This document shows positions 37,960-49,755 of a stretch of DNA of 64,000 bases, in pieces. Location of the stretch: the NCBI GenBank assembly GCA_000934665.2, contig KZ538102.1, forward strand, positions 1 through 64,000. The letters run 5' to 3'. Numbering within the stretch: position 1 is the stretch's first letter; every line of letters begins with the position of its first letter. Origin of the DNA: Catajapyx aquilonaris. Taxonomy: Eukaryota. The position numbers and the translations under genes were made by a program. Below the pieces are notes generated by a model. That model worked only from the letters and a program-made list of their open reading frames with translations, ran no database searches and was not told the DNA's origin.

Positions 37960-40270
37960 ATGGCAGCGGAGAACCTCACCAATGACCAGCGGGCTGCTCT
38001 TGATAAGGTAACAGGTTGATTCAATCAGTAGCCGATGCTGGCTGAAACAAATGTACTTTGCCCCATGCTGCCCGTTATCTCAAATGTAGCCTTCAAATGT
38101 CGGGCGACAAACTTTTTTTATTCCTATCATTATTATTGTGATTAGGGTAAAAATTGTATTCACACAAACCTTAATCATAGATAGTAGATAAGAAAGGGCA
38201 AGTTGTGATACCGCATTTTTTGGGGGTTCGTCAGTCCGACGGGTGACAGATAATAAGGGTTCTACTGTATTTTAAACCTCCCACATTGGCCTATGTGTGT
38301 ATTGCAATTTGCGGAGTCGACACAAATGATCAGTAAAGTTGAAAAACTAGCAAACCCCGTGGAATTTTTTTTCAGCTTCGAACTGCTGCGTCGGATGTAA
38401 TCCCACCAGGGAATACTAATTATGATGACTTTTACTTCCTGGCGTGGCTGAGAGGTAAATTGTCACAGTTGAACTATATAATCTAGGATATATGATACAT
38501 TAAATATTTTTCAGAGTACAACTTTAACGCCAAAAAAGCTGAGCCACATTTACGCACAGTAAGTCACAGGCATTTAACTCTTTTGCCACAAAATGTTGAC
38601 TGATGGTTTTCCAGTCACTGGCATGGCGCAGGCAGAACAAAATTGATGAGTTGGTTGACACCTGGACGCCACCTGAAGTCCTCACCAAATACTTGACCCA
38701 TGGGATGTTTGGTCACGACAAGGAAGGCTCTCCAAGTACGTTTCAGTTATGTTTGTTTCGTCGGGATCCTTATTATCCCACAAAAAAAAGTGGCATGATG
38801 ACATGCAATCATGTTGATGAGTTTGTCAGAAAGACCAGCCTACCAGTTGTTGATGTCATTTTAATGATGCCATTTCTTCACTGCCAGTCTTGATATTCCC
38901 ACTAAAAGACTGTGACGTGAAGGGAATCATGCAGTCGGTGAGCAAGGAAGACTTCATGTACTACATCTGGTACCTGGTTGAGAAGAGCAAGAGGGACATG
39001 CGGAGTCTGAGTAAGAAGCTGGGACGCACAGTGTTGCAGCACAGTGTCATCATTGACGTTGAGGGATTTGACATGAAGTCTGTCCTGTACAAGCCAGCCA
39101 TCGACTGCATCAGAGCAGTGATTGGCCCAGCCGATGCCAACTACCCAGACATTGTCAAGAGAATATTCATAATCAATGGTGAGAGGTTATTGTGTGATCC
39201 ATTACAAATGTTTCATCTCATTAATCGTGTTAAATGAAACTTTTTTTATTACTATGACCTTGGTATATTTTTGAGTCCATCAAGTCATGTACTATTGTAC
39301 TTTCAGCTCCTCGCACGGTCACCTTTTTCTACAATCTGTTCAAGCCATTGATCAGTGCTTCATCCAAAAAGAAAGTCAAATTTTATGGCACTGATCGGAC
39401 CAAGTGGGAGGCATCTTTATTGGAAAGTATTGATTCCGACCAGCTGCCGAAGCATTGGGGTGGAAGCTGCACAGATTCAGATGGAAATGAATATTGCCAA
39501 TCTAAGGTACAAAGGAGCATGTTTTACTCTCATAAGATTCAGTTTGTCTCGGTTATTTTGTTGATGTCAATACCATTTAGTTACTGACATTGCATTCTCG
39601 CTACGATGCATAATTTGCATATATATTAAAGTGTATAGTAATGGCAATGAAATTACTTGTGACTGCAGATAGTGTTGGGGAAGAAAGTCCCTCAATCATA
39701 TTACCTCAGTGAAAAGGGGCATTTGGAAGACACAGGAGACCAAATGCTGACCGTCGAGAAGGGACAATCAGCTACACTCGAGTTCCAGGTGGAGGAAAAA
39801 CATTCCATTTTGAGGTTGGTCCGCTGACATTTCTGCTGTGGCGAAAATTACCCTTCTTTACGTCCGTCTGTTGGCTCCCCTGGGGTATACCTGCATGCTT
39901 CTACTCGCACCGTAATTTGGTCATTTTTGGAGGCTCTGATGTGATTTAATAATGCTTCCGTTGCACCCATTGACATCTAGATGGTCATTCCGCACAGACG
40001 ATTATGACATAGGATTCAAAGTGGACCACGGATCACAGGAAGTAGTGCCGTACTCCAGGGTGGACAGCCATTGTGCTCCAGTCGAAGGAGAATTCCGGTG
40101 CGAAAGTACTGGAAAATGTTAGTTGCACTTCTCTTTTCAAATTAACAAGCTAAACACCGAGTTACATTAGTCATCTTGTCCCCACAGATGTGGTGACATT
40201 TGACAACACCTTCAGCATGATGAGGAGCAAGAGTGTGTACTATTTCATTGAGGTCATTCCAGCTGATTAA
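37960..40270 (+). CDS. SEC14-like protein 2-type, copy H (9 exons; most canonical)
   Basis: DDFYFLAWLR, WTPPEVL, GHDKEGSP, ANYPD, FIINAP, PKHWGG, WSFRTDDYDIGF, FDNTFSMMRSK. Confidence 0.9.
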
Positions 40271-40426
40271 CCCGGTCGTATTATTTTATTGTTTTAAGCA
40301 ACATTGGTGTTGGAGGGCATGAATACTCAACCATTTTGTTTACATTACTCTATAGGAAATGTTTTAACGCACAATGTTGTACATGTTGTATTAAAATAAT
40401 AATTGTTGTCTGGACATGGCAATGTT

Positions 40427-41069
40427 TCATTCTTCCAGAAGCATTTCTATCAGGTCGACATTACAGCATTGCCTCTCCTCCAGGCGGAGTAGGGAGCCAC
40501 ATTTGAGCAGGGTGGGGATGACCTTCAGTCTTAGTTCCCCTGTGCGGAACTTGCACTGAGGATCCTTCCACCTAGGGGCAGGAAGAGAAAAGCATCAGCT
40601 ACAAAAGTGTTCCATATGTGATGGCAAGACACAAAACTTACGTTGGTATATCTCCTACTTCTACCTCCAGAAGGACTGTATCGTCAGAAGCTGACTTGAG
40701 TGTCGAATGGATTATGGGCTCAGCTGCAGATAGAGGGAGGCTATACAGGTGTAGGATGACAATGCTGGTGAACATTACACTTTGTCAAATGTGAATGGTA
40801 ACACTTGCCCAGGATATCCTAGATTTATAGAGCAATGATACCTGCGATGACTAGTGTCATCCTCCCACACATAAAGGTCACAACCTGCCCCATTCCGTGC
40901 CTTGAGCTCAGCACATACCTACGACGCAGTCAGGGCACCAGCTCTTCCCATCTGTCCCCTTCGATCCAGTGAAGAGGCAGAGAACGACCTTCGTCCTGTC
41001 CTCAAGCAGCTCGTCCAGCGTCGCCCGGTACGACTGGAATCCTCCCTTCACTCTTTGGATCAGCACCAT
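40427..41069 (-). CDS. TXNDC17: Thioredoxin domain-containing protein 17 (TRP14/clot-like), 3 coding exons
   Basis: FTGSK..GKSWCPDCVVAEP, VEVGD..WKDP..FR, IPTLLK; GT-AG introns. Confidence 0.92.
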
Positions 41070-42790
41070 CTTACCTGCTGCAAGTGACACACAGAAAGAG
41101 AGACAAGGTCAGACTTTCTAGGTTCCCATCCCCTGCAGTACCCTCCCAACGCTCCCAACTGATAATCACATGACAAGATATGACTGGTACGTGGCTGATA
41201 GCCTCTTCCTCCCCCAGGCAAAGTGCGGCATTATCGAACATCTGTCGCAATGCCGTCGTAGCCTGTGCCGTCGTCTTCTACTTACTTACGTTAATATTCG
41301 ACCCGGCGGAACAATGAAGCTGATGAACAATAAATTCGTGAATTATGAGCGATGATGGTATCGGCATGAACCAACACCACTATTGGTATCGCCTTGGGCC
41401 ATTTAGAAAAGAGAATAATTTAAGGATAAGTACTGCCATGAGATGCAAATGTATTTTTAAAAATAAAATACCAGGAAACATTTGAGGTCACACAGTTGCC
41501 ATTTTTACTGTAGCGATGAGCCTGGCAACACTGGTTCAGATGGCGCGAAATGGCGAAGAGGCTCATGGGAGACAGGCAGGTCGCGTCTTGTCCACTTGTC
41601 GGCTGGGGTCTGCACGGGGAAGGAGGACCATGATGGGGGATCGCGCTGGACATGCCCCGCAGTAGGACAGCACAGCCGACATGGAGGTCCCGCCTAACGT
41701 GAGCCATTTTGCAATACCAGGCCACTGGCAATCACCAAAATGCTGTGCTTCCTTCATGTTGTGGGATCCACAACTTGCACCACATTGTTGTACACTTGGA
41801 ACAATTGGAACATGTGTTCTAACGACAGTCTCAATAAGTAACCCTGTGACATTTATTAGAATAATACTTTGAGCGCAGCCGTTACTCCAAATATTTTTAT
41901 CGCCTTGTGAGGAGTGCGCTACCAGTTGAATACCACTGTTCTGAAGGAATCAGCCCTGTGAACTTAATCGACTGTCTTTATTTTTCAGCTACCTGAGCTG
42001 GAACAAGATATGGCTCAGGGTATGTTGTTGTTGTTAGCTTATGCAATTATTAGATTAGTCATTAGATACTACCTTTGCAGAGGTTGTTTACCAGACCATC
42101 AGCACATAGCATGCATTTCCATATGTTCAACAAATGAGACATTTATGTATTTATCTGCAGTGTTTATAATGATTCTCTGATCTGACACAGTGGGAAGGAA
42201 CAAAACCAGCTCAAGCGTTGCTTATTTTGTGGCATATGCAATCCCTATTTAAGAGAAAGTGATATGTTGGGAAAGTCATGCATTTTAATGGCACCTTCTG
42301 CATCTTGCTTGATAGAAATGTGTGACACGGTGACCACAGCTCTCGGAAAACTGGATGATGAAAGGCTTAATCTGATGGATGCCATAGAAGCGGTGAATAA
42401 GCGCCTAATGTATTCTGTGTCAGTGGGTGGTTTGCAATTTGGACTGACTGCTGTAGCTTTTAGTTATTCTCACATTAACAGCAGGTAGAATAAATCTGTA
42501 ACACAGAGGGTGTAGGTTAAGTGACAAAGTGTGTATTATGTGCAATCCATAACCAGTCAATTTGTTTTGTATGTTCCTGTCAGTCAGTAATTGTGTAACT
42601 GACTTAACTAATCGCATGGAAAGTTGTAAGTGTCCTTATTTGTCTCTAGCACCTGCTACTGTGATATTTTTGCACTCTGAACTTTTTCAACGTGTTTCAA
42701 GTACATATACTTATGTAACTCAACTGCCACAAGAAGTGGCAAAGATGTTTACTTTCATTTCTGGATGTATTGCATCAATTTCATTAACAA

Positions 42791-42830
42791 CTAGCAGCGG
42801 TACCCGTTCTTCGCACGGGGAAAAAAGAGC
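42791..42830 (-). mobile_element. Helitron 3' end (hairpin plus CTAG)
   Basis: Reverse complement cccgtgcgaagaacgggtaccgctgctagt. Confidence 0.55.
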
Positions 42831-43467
42831 GTGGATAATTACACCGAAAGCTTCTTAGATCTCAAGCAATATTAAATGCAAAACTGCTCATTCCCTTGGA
42901 TAATTATGTAGGCGCTGGAAGGGTGTAAAAATGCTGGTTTGTTTGCGTAATAAAGAGCCACGCAACTATGGCTATTGTGGTGATCAGAATATAAAAAGGT
43001 GGGACAGATGGATGGAGAGAGAAACAAAGAGGAAAAAGAAGAGAGGAAAGACTGGTATCTCTCTTAGTCTGTCTCCTATCCCAAAGACCTGTCCAACTTG
43101 GGCGGCCCTACCAGTAGACGAAACTACCGCCGGCATAGCTCTTCAGGATCATGGGAAAACGAAAGCTCACCACCACGGCAAGGTGGAGATACATTGAGGA
43201 GAGGGGACATAAAAAATTGGGATAAAAAAATTGGGGGAAGTGTAAAATTTGAAACCATTTACAGGCCTGTTTCTATGGTAATCACCAACAAAATTTTGTT
43301 ACCACAGGCAAACAGATGTTATTTTTTTGCCTTACATACGTAGATTATCAAAATATGTTATTACTTAATTAATTAATAGCAGCAAACCCGTGTGTAGTGT
43401 CTGGTACATATGTTGAACTTGGTGTCAGTCAACGTACACAGAAGTGATCGAAAGCGGAGGGAAAATT

Positions 43468-43920
43468 GGACAGTGTTGTGCAATAATGGGTCAACCCACA
43501 AAAATGTCAAAATTGAGCCAAGCCCAGGAACATACACCTAAAGCAGAGGTTCTTAACCTTTTAGGGCCTCCGCACCCCTTTGTAGACAATAAGTGGGTCC
43601 TTGTCGCACCCCTTATACCAGGGGTGATTGATTAAGTTCATAGTTAGACCAGTTATTAGCTCTTGGTTAGATTAAGTCCAGAGGTGCACCTTGCTCGCAC
43701 CCCCCAGGGAAGCCCATCGCACCCCCTGGAGATGCGCGGGCACCCCAGGCTAAGAACCTCTGGCCTAAAGAATCCTACTTCATTCAGTTAAAATCACGCA
43801 GGTGAAATGTGCATACTTCTGCCATAAATGACCGAAAAGAACACTGAATTAATTTCACAGGTATGACCTTTTTCAAAACTGGTCTCGCGTCGGTTGACGC
43901 ATTATTGCATAACACCGTCC
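43468..43920. mobile_element. MITE with AATT flanks hosting a nested hAT MITE
   Basis: TIR ggacagtgttgtgcaataatgggtcaacc / ggttgacgcattattgcataacaccgtcc. Confidence 0.7.
43544..43762. mobile_element. hAT-type MITE
   Basis: TIR cagaggttcttaacct / aggctaagaacctctg; 8-bp TSD acctaaag/gcctaaag. Confidence 0.8.
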
Positions 43921-45507
43921 AATTATCAAAATAATACAGTAGGTACCCGTTTTACACCCCTCCATTTTACGCCGTTCTACATTAACGCCGGTTTGAAAAT
44001 GACATCATAAAATGTTTAAATTGAAAAATTGTGATAACGTGGAAATTATGATAGCTTGCTGGTTGTGAAGTGTCCAAGAAAGATTTCCCATGCGGGAAGT
44101 ACCCGTTTTACGCAGCTCCATTTTACGCCGTTTCGCATTAACCCCGGGTTTAAAATTACAATTGAAAATTTTGTATCAGAATTTTAAACAAATATATTTG
44201 ATGATAACACAATCTGAACATGAAGGCATCACTCCAACACTTCTGAGACCAAACACACGAACGTATACCTGCTCTTCTTTCCTCTGTTTCCTGGGGCCTT
44301 GTGGCATGTTCTATCGATATGCACTGTACAGTACTGTATTGTTCGGTATTGTTGATCTCGGCACTCCCCGAAGTACTCCAACCGTTAATTGTTACGATAC
44401 CCTACGTGTCAAGGGGGTAATCACTCGACTGAAAAGTGTACACTGGAGTACCAAATTCAAGGAGTGCCACGGAGTAATAAAGAGTGAGGTGCCTGAGGAG
44501 TACCAGGGAGTACCACTCCCAGGTGTACACCAGAGTACCGAAGTGATTACCCCCTTGCTACGTGTACTGCAATTATTATTCTTGCCAACCTGCCCGTTGT
44601 TCTATTGTTTTCATTGTTGAATATGCAATGTTGATTATTGTAGAACGTGAGTGAGAGAGGCAGATCCTTCCTTTGGGCTTGTTGACAGCCATGGTTGCTA
44701 GGCAATTGCTTAATCTGCTGAAAACCCCCCTTAGACTCAAAAAAGTTCTGGTTTGAGACTTTTCCCGGGGTCAGTGATATGTAAGACATGACTCTGGGAA
44801 ATTTGAGCGCTCTCCGTGCCCGGGAAGTGGCTTAATGAGGCGTGACATACATTAATACGTACAAATATTGAGCTTTATATATATGGGGATTATTGATGAT
44901 GGTCATATGCAGTAATGCAGATGAAATTATATTGAAAATCTGGCATTAAGGATTGCAGATCAGCATACAGAATCTACAAGATATCTGTTTTTGCAGATGA
45001 TTGAGGAATCCCTAGGGCATCGGGTAATCAAAATGAATAGAGAGTACATCAAAAAGCAGTTAAAAGTGAGTTACACATAATTTGTTCCTCATTTTACATC
45101 ATTTTAAAACATGAAAGAGGGTAGTAGCTATAAATCGTACATAATTTCTGTTTCAGAGGTGTACTGCTGGGTTCAACCGATTATGCCGAGAAAATAGTGA
45201 GCCCTTTATACCTTTGTTCCCCTTTTTTATATAAGAGTGTTTGGTCAGTTTCATTTGCACACAGTGTGCTACAGTTAAACCTGCCTATAGTGAACTGTGG
45301 ACATATAGTGGAGACTTGCTAATGCGAGAAAATTTACCTGTCCAAGCAGCAAGATAGGATATCTGTTGTATTTTTACTGGATGCAGGAGAACTGTCTAGT
45401 GTGGAAATTTTAAAGTTTTACCACATTTCTCAATTCACCTCTGGGCATAAAGGGACAGTCCCATTTATTTCTAAAGTAAACTCCTTGCTTTTATAATTTG
45501 CAGATCT

Positions 45508-46135
45508 CATGCCTCCAACAGCAAAGAAGAAGGCAAAACAAGTAAGTTTCTGGGGCTGTTGCAGTCCAACTTACATAATTCAAATATCTAAAAATGGAAC
45601 CAGAAAGAAACTGAAAATTGTGAAATATATTGCAGTCAGTTGAGCAATATGATCCAGAAGCAGAGCCGATTGATATTCCGACTCTACCAAAACACTTGTT
45701 CAATAAAGCCACGTGCATCATACCAGATGATGATGATGAGATTGACAGCTCAACACAACCGCCATCACCACCACTGGACGACAATCTGCCAGAACAACCT
45801 CAGGGTGGTTCGGAAGACATCATGGAGGAAGGCCCAGCACCCACACCTCCATCCAGTCCATCCATGGCACAAAATCCACCACTCTTGCAGCATCCACCCA
45901 ACAACCCAGACATCCCAGACTCTCCTCCAGCTCCGGCAGCCTCTCTCTCGTCCCACTCAAACAAGTCCATGGAGCTGTTGACATCAGTCGTTTCATCATC
46001 ACCAAAGCAGGGCAAGCTGATGGCCAAGCATGGGACCCAGGGCTTCACACCTGGTGTCAGAACTATTCTTACTTCTTTGACTGAACACCAGGGCTATGCT
46101 AAAAGCTGTGCAAATAAGGCCCATAAGGGACTAAG
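45508..46135 (+). CDS. Uncharacterised acidic/Pro-rich exons (MPPTAKKK..., SVEQYDPEAEP...)
   Basis: Open frame with acceptor before 45636 and donor gtaag at 46136; upstream exons uncertain. Confidence 0.45.
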
Positions 46136-46949
46136 GTAAGTCTTGAGATGTAACCATGCACAAATATGCAAATTGACAGGTCAATGTGACAATATGAGCC
46201 TCATTTTTCAGATGGGGACATGCACACGTGGGACCCAGGGCAACATATACATCATAATTATATTGGGTTAATTTACAGGATGTACGAAGTTGAGTCATAT
46301 TTAATGTTTATTTGTGTGCAGGAATTTTTTGTTGGTTTTTCTATAATATTGAGGATTGAGGTTATGCAGCTCAGTGTCTGATCTTGAAAGGTGAAGGGAA
46401 TGTTGTAATAGGGTAAGGCCGTAAGTGAAGGCTAAAGTGAAGAAATAAATAATGAGGAAATGCCTAACTTTTGCATATTGAGCAGTGCAAAGGTTGCACA
46501 CAGCCAAATTTTTATTTCCTCATTTGTGCAGCTTTAAGCCATCGTATATTTGTCGAGAGAAGGGGATTGCAATGGTAAGTACAAAGCATAAGGCTGAAGT
46601 TTGTGTCATTGTCAGAGCGCAAAATGAACAGAGCCTATACCTCAAATATCCTACTCCCTCTCACAAAACATCGGGATTGTTCTATGTACTATATCTCCTC
46701 TCTCTGCTCATAAAACAGGGAGGGAAATTAACAGCACATATCTCAGTATTTGATTAGTAAAATTATGTAAGGTGCATTGGGGTATGTTAGAAATAAATAT
46801 CTAGTAATTATCAATAAATGAGTCAACTTATTATGGCATATCTCAAGAGAGAAGCAACCTCAACACACCGCAAGAATGCAGGAGAGCTAGCCCATTTCTG
46901 TAATGTGTATCTTTGGGGGGGGACATTTCGCTGGGATGCACGGAAGTAC

Positions 46950-48206
46950 AACTGGTTTCTCTCCGGAGAGAAGCAGCTTATTGGAATGACTACTCTCCGG
47001 AGAGGAGTCATTCTCGCCAGCTTAAATTACGCAGGAGAGAAGCAATCCCACTGAAATGGCCCCTGGCAACCCCTGCAACACCGCCAGAAAGGTGAGAAGC
47101 CATTCTATAGAATTACTCCTCTCCGGAGAGAAACCTATTAACGGAATTGGCCGCCCTCCGGAGAGAAACCACTTACTGAAATCGCGTCTCACCGGAGGGA
47201 AACTCAGTAAGTTGATTGCCTTCCCTCCGGAGAGAAACCGCGTGGCTGGATTGGCTCCTCTCCGGGGAGGAACACATTAACTGAAATGGCTCCTCTTCGG
47301 GAAGAAGCCCATTACCTAAACGGCTTCCCCGGGGAGAAGCCCATTAAACTGGGTTGGCTCCTCTCCGGGGAGGAACACATTACCTTAAATGGCTCCTCTC
47401 CTGAGAGAAACCCTTTATCTGAACTGGCTTATTCCCTCCGGTTTGTTTACGACGTTCCATTCGAGGAATCCTCCTTTCTCCCATGTCCGTTAACTTGGCC
47501 CAACCACTTTCGAATTTCGAAATTTCAACGATGGCAATCGTTTGTGCTGATTTGTGCTCGAATATGGGCGTTTGTGCTGGTTTAGTTTCAGAGTTATCGC
47601 GATTTCAATTTGGTTGGGCCAGGTTAACGGTAGCCCAACCACTTTCGAATTACGGAATTTTAACGGTGCCAATCGTTTGTGATACGTTTGTGCTGATTTG
47701 TGCTCGAATATGAACGTTTGTGCTGGCTTGGTTTCAGAGTTATAGCACTTTTAATTTGGTTGGGCCAAGTTAACGCTTTCGAAATAAAGCGAATTTCAAC
47801 ATTTCAACGATGTAAATCGTTTGTGCTGATTTGTGCCAGAAGATGGGGGTTTGTGCTGGAACCGTTCTCGAGATACAGCGAGGTCAATATTGTTGTGTGG
47901 CCAAGTTAACGCTGGTCACCACAGCACTATAGCTTAGCGAATTTCAAAATTTCAACTGGGCCAATCGTTTGTGCCCTGTTTGTGCTCATTTGTGCTCGAC
48001 TATGGCCGTTTGTGCTGCTTCGGTTTCAAAGATATCGCGATTTAAATTATGGCGTTCCTTATTATATGTGCTAATTGATATATTGATATTTAGAATCGCG
48101 ATCGCAGTAACAATGGACGGGGACCAATAGGAAGCGGTGGCTGCAACAACAAGCGGCGGACGAATCATAAGGCTGCTGCAAACACGTTAGGATTTTAATA
48201 TTATAG
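46950..48206 (-). mobile_element. Repeat-rich Helitron-like element: ~35-bp palindromic tandem block followed by longer gtttgtgctg-containing repeats
   Basis: Recurrent ctctccggagag at 46957-47410; terminus similar to the element at ~15817. Confidence 0.5.
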
Positions 48207-48571
48207 GTACCACAAAATATTAGCAGATGGCTGGCTTCATTATTCTAGCCTCCTGCCAACATATATTACAAAAAAACACATGATGTCAAAGCAAAACAAA
48301 CCAACTGCGTCTAGCAACTTGAGCCTGTACCAACATGGCCGAACTTTTCCTCAATTCCCGCGCGCGAATCCTTCTGCTTCCTTCCAGCCTCCTTTGTCAT
48401 CATAAGAGTAGACTGGTTGCCGCTCAAACTTTGGCAGTTGACCCAGGTTGAGCTTGTTGCAGTGGTCATCACGGTGAGTAGAGCACACTAGAACTGTGGG
48501 AGAGAGGCACTGGAGAGACTCACATGAATATATTGGTGTGACTTGTGTGCAGTGGTCGGTCACAAAGAAGC

Positions 48572-49755
48572 ATGTTGACGAACTGCTGCCTGAGAGAGAC
48601 CCATGGGAAGTGCCATCTGCAGACCCACACCAAGAAGAAGGCGCTCCTCACCCCCACAGAGAAGGAGACAACCCTGCTGGTCCTGCGCACTGGTCTGCCA
48701 CGCAGCACCTTCAACAAGGTGTGCAACCACCACCACTACCTGATCCTCAAGTGGTACTCGTGGCGTCAGAAGAAATGCTGCGACCCCATGGATTCCCATC
48801 CAGACTCTGTCCGGAAAAAGGGGATCAGGGAGATCACCCTGGGCACCTACTACCAGTACAGGCACATCGCACCCAGGCTAGTGCCGGGTGATAAAATATG
48901 CACGTCCTGTTCAGTGGAACTCAGGAAGAAGATTAAGGAAACTCCAAAGCCTCCTGGGCCAGATGAACTTCCAGATGCTCCCACTGCAGTTATAATTCCA
49001 AGCTCTTCGGAGTCTTCCGCTGCTGAATCCGACAAGGACGATGAAACGTGGGAGCCTGAAGAGCCAACTTCCAAACAGCCCAGGAAAAGTAAGTGGAAAT
49101 TTCACTAATAGGTATGTCTTAATCACGTAACAATGCGCAACTGATCTATGAAATCTGGAAACAAGGAGGCCGTCCTTCCAAGAATGGTGGTGAGAACAGC
49201 ATTGCGGAGGATGATCCACTCCAAGGCCTGAGTGACGAAGCCTTGAGGAAGAAGCTCAAAGATTTTCATCTGTATGAAAAGATGTTTGAGAAGCTGAAGG
49301 AGAAGTTCAAGTCACCAGATTGCTCCAATGCGGAAAGAATACAGATCCTCACTCTCTCACCGTTTGGGATACATAGGACTATCGCAGAATTCGGTACCAC
49401 GCACTACCTCGTTCTTCAGAGCAGGAAACTTTGTGAAGAGAAGGGCATATTAGGGGCGCCTATGAAACTACACAGGCGAAGTGTATCTGCCAAGGCTGAA
49501 GCTCTTGCAAGAATTGCTGCTAAAGCTGCAGAGAAGCAGGCGAAGAGGGAGCAAGACCTTGCCAGTGGGAAGAAGAGGCGAGTGAGGAAACCCAAACCCA
49601 AAGTCACACCCGTGGTCACACTGCAATTGGAGCAGCCATCCTTGGAAGGAGCTCCTCCTGCTGAAAACACCGTGAACGAAGGTATGGGTGAAATTAGCGA
49701 CATTGTTGCTGCAGCTCTCGATTCCTTGCTACCCATCAATCATTTTGAAAATTGA
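48572..49755 (+). CDS. Cys/His-rich + AT-hook + transposase-N-terminus-like protein (exons 48572-49088, 49166-49755)
   Basis: CCDPMDSH...KKGIREIT...LVPGDKICTSC; splicing restores PRKRGRPSK; ERIQILTLSP...EFGTTHYLV...EKGIL; aataaa at ~50137. Confidence 0.75.

Noticed and set aside
40927..40941. Selenoprotein or readthrough in the thioredoxin-fold gene
   Set aside because: The active site is an ordinary WCPDC with no in-frame TGA
44090..44620. 176-aa ORF
   Set aside because: Overlaps MITE-like repeats; no motif or splice support
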